A stretch of DNA of 64,000 nucleotides. Source: Macrostomum hystrix (Eukaryota > Animalia > Platyhelminthes). The position numbers were made by a program, and so were the translations under genes. The notes under the pieces were generated by a model. It ran no database searches. It was not told where the DNA came from and was given only the letters and a program-made list of their open reading frames with translations. Location: positions 12,896,001 through 12,960,000 of the forward strand of contig CATNEN010000007.1 in the NCBI GenBank assembly GCA_950097015.1. Reading direction: 5' to 3'. Positions 52,974-64,000 of the stretch are shown in pieces (within the stretch, counting starts at the first letter, position 1; each line of letters starts with the position of its first letter).

Positions 52974-55900
52974 TGTTGTAAATGAATAGTAGCGAGTCAG
53001 CCAAGTTAGTATCCGAAACTTTCACGCCAAGTTGGCTCTCAGTTATTGGACTATATATATTCTGTGCCAATCGATATCAGAGGTGTACATGTACGAACTG
53101 TGTACGTGCATTAATCAACTGCACAACATTCACCTTCCCTTTCAAAGGATAGAGCAACGAAAATAATTATGCAAATATTGAGCAGGAAATAAAAGTGCAT
53201 TACCAAGCATCGAAGGAGTAAAATGATCTTTTTATGCATCAGGTACTTCAAAGAGAATTAAATCGAAACAGCTGATCGCTAATAACAGCTGAATAACCGT
53301 AACTAAAAAACGAGTCAGTGAGTCACGATTTCACCGTACCATTGCGGCGGCGCTCGCGGCCTTGAGCTCACTCGGATCGCCGTCTGGGCTGGCTGCTGCT
53401 GTCTCGCTGGGTCTGCCGCCGTCGCCGCCTCCGCGGCTGTCCCGGCTGCGCTGGGAGCCGGCGCTGGCCAGTGCGGCAGCGCTCCGGCTGGCCGCGGTAC
53501 CCGGACGCAGTTGTCGACGTGCCAGCGGGAGCCATCGCTGAGGATGACGGTGGTCGCGCTCGCGATCCGGGAGATCTGCCGTGGCTCGGACAGGCGGCTG
53601 CTCAGCTTGCCGCGGGCGAACGGCCGCTTCACGCGCACCCAGTCGCCGACTATGAACGTGGGCGGCGGCCTCCGGGTCGTGTTGAGCTGATCGAAAACGC
53701 GCTGCTGCCTCCGCTTGATGCTGGCCGCCAGTCTGTGCCGCGCTGTTGTCCTTGGCTGCAGAGCTGTCAACGGGGTGCTGATCTTCCGGCCTGTCATGAG
53801 CTCCGCCGGTGACACTCCAGTCAGTGCATGCGGGGTGGCCCTGTACGACCACAGCAGCGTCTTCACCGCGTCCTTGAAGTCGTAGCCCTCCTCTAGGTGC
53901 GTCTTTAGGCCGTCCTTGAGAAAACGGTTGAAGCGCTCTACGGCCGCGTTGCCCTGGGGGTGGTAGTGCGGTGACTGCCGGTGCCGGATGCCGCAGCGCT
54001 GAAGAAAATCCTCGAAATCGCCGGACACGAACTGCGGACCTCCGTCTGTTTTAATGCTCTTCGGCAGGCCCCAGCGGCTAAACCACGTTGTCAGGGCGTC
54101 GATGACATCCGCGCTTGTGACAGTCGACATGCAGGCAGCCTCCGGCCACTTTGAATGCAAATCGTACAGCACCAGGATGAAGCGACAGGAGTTCGGCGCA
54201 GAGTGCAGCTCCCCGAAGATGTCGAGCTGGAGTTCCTCCCATGGACGCGTCGGCCACTTCGTAGGGGTCAGGACCGTCTTGGGTGGCTTAAAGTTCTTCT
54301 CGCTAAGCAGGCAGGCCTCGCAATGTCGCACAAATTCCTCGATATGCTGATCGATTTGCGGCCACCAGACTGCGTCCCGGCAATGCTGCTTCATTTTGCT
54401 CACGCCGAGGTGCCCGAAATGCGCCAGCTGCAGCGTCTTCTCCCTCAGGGATGCGGGGATTACTGCTCGGGTGCCGTTGGCCAGGCACTTGCCGTCATTC
54501 CAGAGCGCCAGTTGCGTCCGCATCCTCCAGAACGGCTGCAGCTCCGGCTTCAGCTGCTTGATGGAGTTAGGCCACCCCTGGAGCGTCATTGTGACCGCAT
54601 CATTGATCACCGGGTCCTGCAGGGATGCCTCGGCCAGTTCGCTTGGACTGACAATCTCCAGCGCGCCCGATAGCAGTACGGCATTCACTTGGAGCTCGGT
54701 CGAGTCCTCTTCGCTTTGCCTTGGGCATTTTCCTTCGAGAGCGCCGTGGCGCGACAAAAAATCTGGCACGATGTTCTTCTTGCCAGGAACGTGGCAGACT
54801 TGGAAGTCGTACGCGAGCAGGCGGTCGGCCCATCGATGAAGCCGCAGAGGCCGGTGGCCGCTGCCTTGAGCCGTCAGCAGCATCGTCAGAGCCTGGTGGT
54901 CCGTGTGCAGCTCGAATCTCCGGCCGAACAGGAAATAGTGCCATCTCTCGCACGCGAAGATGCACGCGAGAGCCTCTCTCTCTGATGCGGAGTACTTGCG
55001 CTCGGTCGCTGACAGGGTCCTTGACGCGAAAGCGACTGGTCTTCGAACCCCGGCGCTGTCGTCTTGCATCAGCACGGCCCCCAGAGCGTGCGCGGAGCTG
55101 TCGCAGGCCACGATGATCTTGTCGTCGGGACTGAAGAATCGCAAGCATGTTGGGGACACCACCATCTTCTTGAGCCTCCAAAAGGCCTTTTGGCAATCTG
55201 TTGTCCAGTTCCAGGGCTGCTCTTTGCGAAGTAGCAGCAGCAGCGGCTCGGCGATGTCGGACAGGTTGTGCAGAAAGTTGGAATAGAATTTAACCATTCC
55301 CAGAAATGAGGCCACTGCCTCGGCGTTCTGGGGCTCCGGCACCGCCTCGATGTCTTCAACGTTAGACTGCATCGGCTGAAGTCCTCTCGCGGAGACGATG
55401 TAGCCCAGGAACTGCACTGTCTCTGCAGCCCACTGGCACTTTGAGGCGTTGAGCGTGACGCCATGGGCGAGCAGCTTGTCCAGCACTGTCGTGAGCCGCC
55501 GCAGGTGCTCCGCCTCGTTGGCAGCGTGCACCACTATGTCGTCGATGTAGTGCAGCGTCCCGGAACAGCCATGGAGAATCTTGCTGAGAACTTTCTGGAA
55601 GGCCGCCGGGGCGCTGTTTAGGCCATAGCATACGCGCTTGTACCGGTACAGCCCTTTCTCCGTAATGAAGGCCGTTAAGTCCCGCCTATCTTCTGCTAGC
55701 TCCAACTGCAGATACGAAGAATTTAAATCCAGCTTAGTGAACACGGTCGAGCCCTTGAACTCCGTTGTCAGCTCCTCGAATGTCGGCAGCGGCTGCTTAT
55801 CCGGAACTATGGCCTTGTTTGGGCACCTGAGGTCATTGCAGACCCTGATTTTGCCATCAGGCTTCGGGACGATCACCAGGTTCGAAATCCACTCTGAAGC

Positions 55901-57596
55901 CTGGATCTCCTCGATGATGTCATCCTCCAGCAGCTGGTCAATCTCCGCCTGGACTTTGTCTTTGATGCTAAGTGGGATGCGGCGTAGCGATTGCGCCACC
56001 GGGGGCACGGCGGGGTTCAGCCTGGGCCGGTGCTCGAATCCTCGGATCCGCCCGAGTCCCTGCGTCAGTGGCTTGAAGCGCTCGGCCAGCCAGACCGGTA
56101 GCTCTGCCGTTTTTTCGACTGTGCGCACGAGGTCGCCGTCCTTGTCCACCACCTGGAAGCTGAGGTGCTGCATCAGATCCGTTCCCATGATGTCGGAGCC
56201 TTGCCGTACCACGGTAAAGCAGAAAAATGGCACCAGCTGGCCGCGATAGCTGACGGACAGCACCGCCTCGCCGACGACATCGATTGCCTTGCCGTTGTAC
56301 GCGATGAGTTTCTTGGTCGACGGCTGGAGTGGCGACCGGTTTCCGAGCTTCCTGAAGGTCCTCTCTGACAGGATGGACGCCTTGGCTCCCGAGTCTACAA
56401 GCAGATTCAGCCAGATGCCATGCACCTTCAGCCGGCAGTGGATGTCGGGACTGGAGGCGCCGCGCACCATGTACACGGCTTGGCCGCTCTCGTCCATGAC
56501 CTCGGCGACCTTGGCGCCCTGCGACCTGCACATCCGGCCGAAATGGTTCGCCTTCCCGCAGACATGACAACTCTTGCCTTCAGCTGGACACCGGGCTCGT
56601 CTGTTGTGCCCGCCTCCGCACTTGGAGCATGACTCTCGATCTGGTCGCCCTTGTCCTGTGTTCTTCCTGTCTGGTTGTAGTCGGACTCTCTTCACCTCTT
56701 CTTCCAGCTGTGCTCCGGCCGCGGCTGCGCCTTCCGTCTCTATCGCGCTGGCCTCAGCGATGCTGGTCTCCCATTGCTGGCTCAGCGTCACTGCCTTCTG
56801 CAGCGTCAGGCCGTCCTCGATCAGCAAGCGCTCTCGAATTCGCCTGTCGCTGACCTTCTCCACGATCTGGTCGCGGATCATTTCTTCCATCATGTCGCGG
56901 AACTCACATGAGCCAGCCAGAGCATACAGAGCCGCCACGAAGTCCGCAATCTTTTCACCCGGACGCTGACTGCGCTGCCGAAACTTGTGGCGCTCCGCCA
57001 CCACGTTGACTTTGGCTCCGAACTGCTCGTCCAGAATCGCGACTGTCGCCGCGAGTTCTGTCGGACTCGGCCTCTTCGTTGCTGCCACAGCCGCAAAGAC
57101 TCGCTGCCCTTCCGCGCCAAGGCAGTGCAGCAACAGCGCGCGCCTCCTCGCTTCCGGCAAAGTGTCGTAGCCGGCCGCAAGTAAGTAGTTCTCAAAGAGG
57201 GCCTTCCACTCTTTCCACGGCCTCGCCGGTCGGCCCGGCTGCGGCAGGAATTGATCCGGCGGCGATACGCTGATCCGCGGCGCTTCTGCTGAGTTGCTGT
57301 CACTCGTCATGTTTCAGTTTGCACTTTTGCAGTTTGGCGCTGTTGTTTACGCTTGGCTTGGCAGGCTTGCAGTCACTTCACTTCAGTCTACTCCGACCCC
57401 GGCTTATTGGGGTGGGTGTTCGCTTGAGCTTGCGATGCCAATGTTGTAAATGAATAGTAGCGAGTCAGCCAAGTTAGTATCCGAAACTTTCACGCCAAGT
57501 TGGCTCTCAGTTATTGGACTATATATATTCTGTGCCAATCGATATCAGAGGTGTACATGTACGAACTGTGTACGTGCATTAATCAACTGCACAACA
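52974..57596 (-). mobile_element. Intact Ty3/Gypsy LTR retrotransposon (Mag-like), 4623 bp
   Basis: Identical 155 bp LTRs (TG...CA) at 52974-53128 and 57442-57596. 5 bp TSD CCACC at 52969-52973 and 57597-57601. PBS TGGCATCGC just inside the 5' LTR and PPT AAGGGAAGGTGAA next to the 3' LTR. Confidence 0.97.
53315..57310 (-). CDS. Gag-Pol polyprotein, 1331 aa (Gag with tandem Cys/His knuckles, protease, RT, RNase H, integrase)
   Basis: CSKCGGGH...CPAEGKSCHVCGKANH; LLVDSGA; YIDD; ACDSS...EREAL...TDH; H...H...C..C, LQLD, TDGGPQF and AVERFN. The domain order is Gypsy. Confidence 0.97.
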   Translation of the reverse strand: MTSDSNSAEAPRISVSPPDQFLPQPGRPARPWKEWKALFENYLLAAGYDTLPEARRRALLLHCLGAEGQRVFAAVAATKRPSPTELAATVAILDEQFGAKVNVVAERHKFRQRSQRPGEKIADFVAALYALAGSCEFRDMMEEMIRDQIVEKVSDRRIRERLLIEDGLTLQKAVTLSQQWETSIAEASAIETEGAAAAGAQLEEEVKRVRLQPDRKNTGQGRPDRESCSKCGGGHNRRARCPAEGKSCHVCGKANHFGRMCRSQGAKVAEVMDESGQAVYMVRGASSPDIHCRLKVHGIWLNLLVDSGAKASILSERTFRKLGNRSPLQPSTKKLIAYNGKAIDVVGEAVLSVSYRGQLVPFFCFTVVRQGSDIMGTDLMQHLSFQVVDKDGDLVRTVEKTAELPVWLAERFKPLTQGLGRIRGFEHRPRLNPAVPPVAQSLRRIPLSIKDKVQAEIDQLLEDDIIEEIQASEWISNLVIVPKPDGKIRVCNDLRCPNKAIVPDKQPLPTFEELTTEFKGSTVFTKLDLNSSYLQLELAEDRRDLTAFITEKGLYRYKRVCYGLNSAPAAFQKVLSKILHGCSGTLHYIDDIVVHAANEAEHLRRLTTVLDKLLAHGVTLNASKCQWAAETVQFLGYIVSARGLQPMQSNVEDIEAVPEPQNAEAVASFLGMVKFYSNFLHNLSDIAEPLLLLLRKEQPWNWTTDCQKAFWRLKKMVVSPTCLRFFSPDDKIIVACDSSAHALGAVLMQDDSAGVRRPVAFASRTLSATERKYSASEREALACIFACERWHYFLFGRRFELHTDHQALTMLLTAQGSGHRPLRLHRWADRLLAYDFQVCHVPGKKNIVPDFLSRHGALEGKCPRQSEEDSTELQVNAVLLSGALEIVSPSELAEASLQDPVINDAVTMTLQGWPNSIKQLKPELQPFWRMRTQLALWNDGKCLANGTRAVIPASLREKTLQLAHFGHLGVSKMKQHCRDAVWWPQIDQHIEEFVRHCEACLLSEKNFKPPKTVLTPTKWPTRPWEELQLDIFGELHSAPNSCRFILVLYDLHSKWPEAACMSTVTSADVIDALTTWFSRWGLPKSIKTDGGPQFVSGDFEDFLQRCGIRHRQSPHYHPQGNAAVERFNRFLKDGLKTHLEEGYDFKDAVKTLLWSYRATPHALTGVSPAELMTGRKISTPLTALQPRTTARHRLAASIKRRQQRVFDQLNTTRRPPPTFIVGDWVRVKRPFARGKLSSRLSEPRQISRIASATTVILSDGSRWHVDNCVRVPRPAGALPHWPAPAPSAAGTAAEAATAADPARQQQPAQTAIRVSSRPRAPPQWYGEIVTH

Positions 57597-57608
57597 CCAC
57601 CGACCCCC

Positions 57609-57814
57609 GGCTGTGGTGGAAGCCACAAACCCTGCTCGGGATGCTTGCTTGATCATACTTCTGCAGTTTGCTAAAGTTGCGATTGAAGCTGGCTGTGGTG
57701 GAAGCCACATTACACCCTGCTTGGGATGATTGCTTGATCATGTTTCTGCAGTTTGCTAAAGTTGCGATTGAAGCTGGCTGTGGTGGAAGCCACATTACAC
57801 CCTGTTTGGGATGT
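57609..57814. repeat. About 85 bp tandem repeat, the target of the SINE; its left part is at 52578-52615
   Basis: GTTTGCTAAAGTTGCGATTGAAGCTGGCTGTGGTGGAA occurs at 52578, 57666 and 57751. Confidence 0.85.
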
Positions 57815-58956
57815 CCACCGTCGTATATCCTCCGTCCTGTGAAGTCGCTGGGTGCCTGTAGAGGTTCTCGTAGTTCTTTGCATCTTCTCTTTTTTGGCAG
57901 CTTTCCTAAATTTTCGCCTTGTTCGCTTTTTCGATCGTTTCTTGTTTTTTGCTTGTGCTCGCCAGTTTTTTTTTTTTGGTTTCGATAGTCGCCGAACCCC
58001 AGGCCGACAGTCTGCGACAGTTAGACAGAGAGAAAAAAATCGCCTTTTCGGTTTCTCTTTCTCTCTTTATACAGAATGTTTGCTACATCTGCTTCAGAAG
58101 TCCTAGAATCTTGTTTATTTTTTGCTTTCGATTTAACCTTTTTGTCACATTCTCGTCGAACTACTGGCTCAATTCGCTTCATGATCGCGGTTATTTACTT
58201 CCATGACTTTCTATAATAATTTTCTATACTAATTTCTTATATTTCCAAATTTGTATTTGGTTTCCGATTTTCGAATTTCTGTTTAATAATTTTTGTTGCG
58301 AACATAAATAAAAGTTTGGCAGCCAAAGGGACGTCATAACGGAATAACGGAATTCCAAATGTACATACACTGATGTACAAACATACTCCAAAATAATCGA
58401 ATGTACAGGTATGAGCTGATAACTTAATTAATTGCCTTTGCCCAACGTATGGGCTTTTTTCATTTTCTGAACTTTCGCGCTTATTCAAACCAAGTTGAAC
58501 ATTAGATTTTAAATTGTCAAGTCCTGTTTTGTAAATTAATCTGTCCGGTTCAGCTTGTCTTTTTTTCTTCTTTTCGTTGGTTTTCTCCCTTTTCTTTGCC
58601 CCCTTTCCTTGACCGTTCTTGAGCTCGTTTCACCGTCATAGCAATTTTTGCCCAAAATGAATTGAATAATTATGTTTTTTAGTTTATATCCCAAATAATT
58701 TTCAGCATACTTACGTTTTTTTCTGCATTCCTTTATCGTGTTTGTAATACTGCAGGCTGATTGCTTTTATAAATTTGCATATTCTTTTACTCGTCAAATG
58801 TTCGTTTACATCTTTTCGTACTAATTTAAACTGTCTTGATTATAACATTTGATTAAAATCTTTATTTCTAAATAAAAGAAATTTATAAATCCCAGTTTGT
58901 TACTTCGACATAATTATCATTCAAATACAACTCCATAATTGGCTTAACATGCTTCT

Positions 58957-59318
58957 AAGGGGTCGGTGGCAGAGCGGTTAACGCATTTTCCTCTCACACC
59001 ACGGTCCCTAAGTTCGATTTCACGGCGAGGCCCCATTTATTTGGGGCGCAGCCGCGGAGAGAAGGCTTGGGGGCTTGTCGTGCAATTTACGCCCTTGAGG
59101 GCCAACCTCCAAGGCACAGTTCGAGTGTACACTGCCTGACGATGAGAAAGTCAGGGCAGATGTACACACCTGTGTGAGCGTATGCCTGCGTACGGTATCT
59201 GTGTGGTGTGCGTGTGTGCTCAGAAACGGGTAGAATTGCCTCCTGGCTGGCTGCAGGTCTAGTGACACTAAATAATGTGCCATTGCCCGCAGCCCTCCTG
59301 CAATTATTATGATTATTA
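58957..59318 (+). mobile_element. Full-length tRNA-derived SINE
   Basis: GGGGTCGGTGGCAGAGCGG (A box), GTTCGATT (B box) and (ATT)n tail. TSD TTAACATGCTTCT at 58944-58956 and 59319-59331. Confidence 0.9.
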
Positions 59319-60690
59319 TTAACATGCTTCTTGCCTGAGCAAAATCTACTAGTCTTATACAACTACTTAACTCTATGAGCTTTCTTGCCTTTTAAGTTTA
59401 AAGTTTATAAATTATGTTACCAATCAAATCAAATACACATTTAATATGAGCAAGCCAGCCATGACCCAAATCTAATAATATTTTCGTTCACGTCTCTAAT
59501 ACAGTAATGGCATTACTAAGTATAATATAAATCTGTTTGTATTTGTATATACTATGCAGTTGTAGTTACTGTTGTACTCGACAACTCCTTATTTGCTATA
59601 AAAATGGGCATGGCCAAAATGAGTTGTCACCATCACCAAAATGCCAAAATAGGTGTCAATCTCTGTGTTCAAGCTCTTTCAGTTTTAAAATTCGGAACAG
59701 AAATGTTTATTTTTAAGCCGTGTTAAAAAATTCTTCCTATCTATACACAATTTATACATGTCTATATTTATTAGTTGTTTATTGTTTTGGGTGGTTTCTA
59801 ATGTTTTTTCTGAGTACATCTGAGTACAGCACTATAATTATTAGGCCTAGGGTAATATATCATCAACCGAACAGTGTATCTTCAAAACCGAACAAGAATT
59901 TCAACTTCTTCCTTGGTCTTGTGCAAGACAGAAACAAGCTATTGTGTTTCACAGAACAACTAATTTGAAAGTTGAAGAAATTATCTACAAGCTGAGGCAT
60001 GATGTGCAATGAAGCATTAAGAGGAAAGAAAGATATTGATGTTTCAGTAGAAATTTTTATTGCAAAAGCATACTTTTTAACAACATTTTTTCAGTATGTA
60101 CTTTAGATGAAGATTGTATGTGGTTGCTTGCCAATTAAATGACCATAAATGTAGTTATTTATAGAGCATGAAAAATGCTTTCAAATTACATAATTCATGA
60201 TAGTTCACTCCTTAAAATAAGATTAAACCACTCACTCAAATTGCAAAACCAAACATCAAATTCTCTGTTTGGTTTGAAGATACATGAAAATCATTGTTTG
60301 GTTTTAGATAAAAAGCAGGAATAACTTTTTTCTATTTGATAAAATAGCAAAAGCAGATATTTTTTAGAAAGATGTAACTGTTTTCTATAACTTGGCTTTT
60401 CATTTATCATCATATCTTAAATAGAAAATCTGTAGCTTAGGTTTGAAGTTAAAAAAATACACATTCTTGTTTGGTTGATTATCCTACTTGTTTATGGTGG
60501 CCCTGATATAAATAAACAAACTGAAATAAACAATAATATTTTACTAAATATAATAATAGGGCCTAGTAGGCCTATTTCGTTTAAATCTATATATATTCTG
60601 TACCTATATTCTATATATATTGTCTTATCTAGTTAGTTAACTTATGTTTTTTGTTTTTTTTTAAAATTAGCTTGATACCAGGAGTGCAAT

Positions 60691-60862
60691 CAGTGGCGTA
60701 TGCTGGAATTTAGTTTGGGGGGATAACCAGCAGAAATATAACCATACCGGACTAAATAATGTCCTCTAGGGCTCTAGGAATTGACTAAGTACAATAAGTA
60801 CATGGGAAATTTTGGGAAATAGGGGGATATATCCCTGTATCCCCCCCTAGCATATGCCCCTG
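60691..60862. mobile_element. hAT-type MITE (172 bp)
   Basis: TIRs CAGTGGCGTATGCTGG versus reverse complement CAGGGGCATATGCTAG. 8 bp TSD AGTGCAAT at 60683-60690 and 60863-60870. Confidence 0.85.
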
Positions 60863-62067
60863 AGTGCAATTTAGAGACACTGTCTTTAACAATTGACCAC
60901 CCATACTTGGCTTGATAGTTCTAAAGAGCTTATATAAAAACAATAATATTGCTTTTTATTACAAAATAGTTAACAAGTGAAACTATTGATTGATTTATAT
61001 TTTTAGGCCTACCTAAACAACAACAAGGTTGGCAGCCACAAAGTTGCAAATGCAACAGTCAGAGGCAACATCAGATAGTGTGTTTCAGCGCCAATCACCA
61101 AACTATATCTAACACATTGGCAATGTTGGGCACCCTGGCATCTTAAAAATGCAATGGATGTATCTATAAGTCAGTGGAAAGAACACTTTTTTGAGCAAAT
61201 AATTTTGTTGGGACTCGGCATGCCAGATAGCAAATAGAAAGTAAAAAAGCTTCAAATGTTAGATATAGAAACCAACAACTTGACAATGACAAAGTCATTT
61301 TAGATGTTTATTTGCTTGTCACACATTTTTTGAAAGTGCACTTTCATACACTCACAGCAACACATGTCAGATTAAAATCATGCAAAGCTAGTGAGATGGG
61401 TGGTGCTGCTTATCCCAAACAAGTGAATCTCAACCAGGTGTTTCTTGAGCCATCTATGCTAGTGCTCTGTCATGTCATCTGTGCTAGATGTATTTTGCCT
61501 ATATCTCTCTCAATTCTATATCTTCTTTAGAACAATCTAGTTAAGGACCTTGTCTGATACTCCTAATAATTTAAAGTTTTTAACTCCATCTGAAAATTTT
61601 AGGTGTAAATTCAGCTAGATGCTGCTTTGTAATTAATTAGCTATCATTTCTGCAGCAGGTCCCATGTTGAAAATTTAAACTTCTCAAACAATAAGTTTAA
61701 GATTTAAAGGTTTAAGTTTAAAGGCCAACTTGCAAGCTATTTAGCAAAGCTACTTCTAAAGCCATCCATACCATTGAATGCAACAAGTTAGTTCAGCATC
61801 GAGAAAAGCCGTGTGCTTTGATTTTCCTTGGATGTTGCTACCTAAATTGAAATCTGTTTGCCAAAATCTGTTGTAAAATATCAAGCATCAAACAGTTCAA
61901 CATATTGGATGTTGCTTAATAGTCTATTATGATTATACACTTATGCAGCTGGTGATAAGCTCAAGGTTGAAGCGAGGAAGAGGTCATACAAATTAAGGAT
62001 CAGGATTTATCGGCCTCGATCACTGAGTAAAACAGACACCTAATCCTAACCATTGATTCCAGCCATC

Positions 62068-63230
62068 ATGTCAGTCCTACCAACCAGTGTGCCACCCGGC
62101 TTCGACCTCGGCCTGCTGCTCATCAGCAACCCCAATCCGTTAGACTCCGCGTCTGTAAGAGGCCAAGAACTCGAGCCCTACCTGGCCGCAGTGGCCCGCG
62201 AGAATGCGCAGTCGCTGCTGTCCGAGATCTGGCAGCGGCTGCCAGCCGAGCGCGTGGAGGACGCGGTGGTCGCGGCGCTGCCTCCACCCGTCACGTCGCT
62301 GCCGCGTGAGAAGCCACCACCGAAGCCGAAGCCGACGAGCCGCTGGGAGGAGTTCGCTCGGCTCAAGGGCATCCGCAAGGCCAAGAAGGAGAGCGCCGTC
62401 TGGGACGAGGCCTCTGGCGAGTGGCGGCCCCGCTGGGGCTACGGGCGCGCCGGCGACCCCGGCAAGGAGTGGCTGGTGGAGGTGCCGGCCTCGGCTGACC
62501 CCAATGAAGACCAGTTCGCCCGGCTCAAGCAGGAGAAGCGGGAGCGGGTGGCCAAGAATGAGCTGCAGCGGCTCAAGAACATCAGCCGAAATCTGCGCCT
62601 GGGCGGTACTCTGCCTGCGCTTAGCGGCGTTGGCAGCGACGGCAAGGCTGGTGGCGCCTCCAGCAAAGAGCTGAAGCGAACCCTCGTTGTGGCCAAGCGT
62701 TCGGACGCTTCAATTGGACAGTTCTCGGCCAAGGTGGCCGGGGAGAAGGTGCGAATAAATAAATAAATCAGTTTATTTAGTTCAATAATGTTTGTTATAG
62801 CTGTCAGAGTTGCCTGGTTAGCATTTCCCTCGCCATCTTCTCCATTCAGGTGGGTCACCTGCAGGGCAGGCGGCGGCAGTTCCTGCCCAACACTGGCTCT
62901 CTCACAGCAGAGCGGGGCATGCAGGAGCAGGTGCTGAAGGAGCTGGCCGCCCGTCGAGCTGATCCGCTTAACACAGAGCGGGCCGTCAACCGGTTGCAGC
63001 AGGAGCGGGAGAAGTCCGGACTCGGCAATGCCGACACAGCCGACGGCGGGCGGAGGCGGCCGCAGAAGAAAAAGACGATGGGCAAAGTGGCCACCGAGGG
63101 TGGCAAGTCAAGGCGGCAGAACGTGCGCGACAGCAAGAGCCGAAAGTATAAAAAGGCGGCGGCCAGCGGGCGGGCCAAACAGAAGATGAAGTCGCTGATG
63201 AAATCCAAAACCCTCGGCAAGCGAAAGTGA
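62068..63230 (+). CDS. RRS1: Ribosome biogenesis regulatory protein RRS1, about 353 aa
   Basis: Exons 62068-62748 and 62850-63230. Motifs FDLGLLL, ARENAQSLL, LPREKPPPKPKP..RWEEFARLKGI, WRPRWGY, RVAKNELQRLKN and ASIGQF. Confidence 0.93.
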
Positions 63231-63605
63231 CCTATTGACTGACATTTTTAAAGTGCATTTTGCTGTCTTACTTGTCAACTATTGCTGAAATTCTAAGCCC
63301 TGTCAAATGTCTGCGCAGCTTCTCAGAGGATGCCATCGGGAGAATTATACGCTGTTCTGCTTGCACTGAATTAAGACTTTGAGTTTTTTGCAACAAATTC
63401 TTTTTCTCCAAGGCTCTCTAGCAAACAAGCCTGAGCTAGGCAAGGGTCATTCAGAAAGATCATTTCTGCACTGCAGTGTGACTACACTGTGTGACTCCAG
63501 TTTAGTACTGCCATTCTGAAATGCTAGAAAATAGACCAATGCACTTTCATTAACAAGCAAACTGAATGGCATTCCAGCCACTGACAGACCCCGGCTGCGG
63601 TGGTC

Positions 63606-63709
63606 ATGAGTACAGACAAACCAGTCGGTCCGCTGACCGTCACCTGCGTGAAGAACCTGACGGACAAACTCTATGACAAACGAAAAACTGCTGCAATGGA
63701 TATTGAGAG
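63606..63709 (+). CDS. VAC14: First coding exon of VAC14 (PIKfyve complex scaffold), 3'-partial
   Basis: Translates as MSTDKPVGPLTVTCVKNLTDKLYDKRKTAAMDIER and is followed by a GTAGCT donor. It matches the conserved VAC14 N-terminus (PLT...L.DKLY.KRK.AA..IE). Too short for the ORF track. Confidence 0.85.
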
Positions 63710-63723
63710 GTAGCTGGCAGTTA

Positions 63724-64000
63724 ATCATGCAATCAACTTGTCACAAACTGAATTGAAGGCCCAGCTTGTCTTTCATGTAATTAACTTGTCACAGACTGAA
63801 TTGAAGGCCCAGCTTGTCTATCATGCAATCAACTTCTGTCACAGACTGAATTGAAGGCCCAGCTTGTCTTTCATGTAATTAACTTGTCACAGACTGAATT
63901 GAAGGCCCAGCTTGTCTATCATGTAATCAACTTGTCACAGACTGAATTGAAGGCCCAGCTTGTCTATCATGTAATCAACTTCTGTCACAGACTGAATTGA
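63724..64000. repeat. 48-50 bp tandem repeat in VAC14 intron 1, running off the window
   Basis: Unit AACTTGTCACAGACTGAATTGAAGGCCCAGCTTGTCTATCATGTAATC. Confidence 0.93.

Noticed and set aside
53331-57303. Many alternative-frame and antisense ORFs over the retrotransposon and other GC-rich exons
   Set aside because: Shadow ORFs of GC-rich coding sequence with no recognisable motifs.
58957-59030. Functional tRNA gene
   Set aside because: A and B boxes are present, but it continues into a 290 bp body with an (ATT)n tail and TSD, so it is a SINE head.
61024-61137. Possible small MITE (CAAGGTTGGCA...TGGGCACCCTG)
   Set aside because: The TIR match is weak and there is no clear TSD.

Overview
Eukaryotic (invertebrate metazoan) genomic DNA with GT-AG introns, GC-rich exons, AT-rich spacers and many minisatellites. 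The style resembles the flatworm Macrostomum lignano, but that is inference only. Genes, with hand-built exon models whose phases close unless noted: KIFAP3/KAP3 (5'-partial), a GT32 DxD glycosyltransferase, a peptide-type rhodopsin GPCR, a 2xBIR+RING IAP, ARMC9, NUBPL, an unknown acidic/KH-like protein (exon join unresolved), a triple-TIR plus BTK-like zinc-finger protein, a TMEM272-like membrane protein, RRS1, and exon 1 of VAC14 (absent from the ORF track). Mobile DNA: an intact Gypsy (Mag-like) LTR element with identical LTRs, nested in a tRNA-derived SINE that is itself nested in a tandem repeat; two more SINE copies; a non-autonomous CACTG EnSpm/CMC element with an accessory ORF; two back-to-back decayed Crypton tyrosine-recombinase fragments; two RTE-like LINE 3' fragments; and three MITEs with TSDs. 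The most unusual signals are: (i) intronic tandem arrays whose transcribed strand carries the complement of the 5' splice site (U1-like CUUACCUG/ACUCACCUG), (ii) a MITE placing paired p53-type decamers upstream of the IAP gene, (iii) a Gypsy insertion in a Pol III A-box, and (iv) the triple-TIR protein. The functional readings of these signals are hypotheses, not demonstrated systems.
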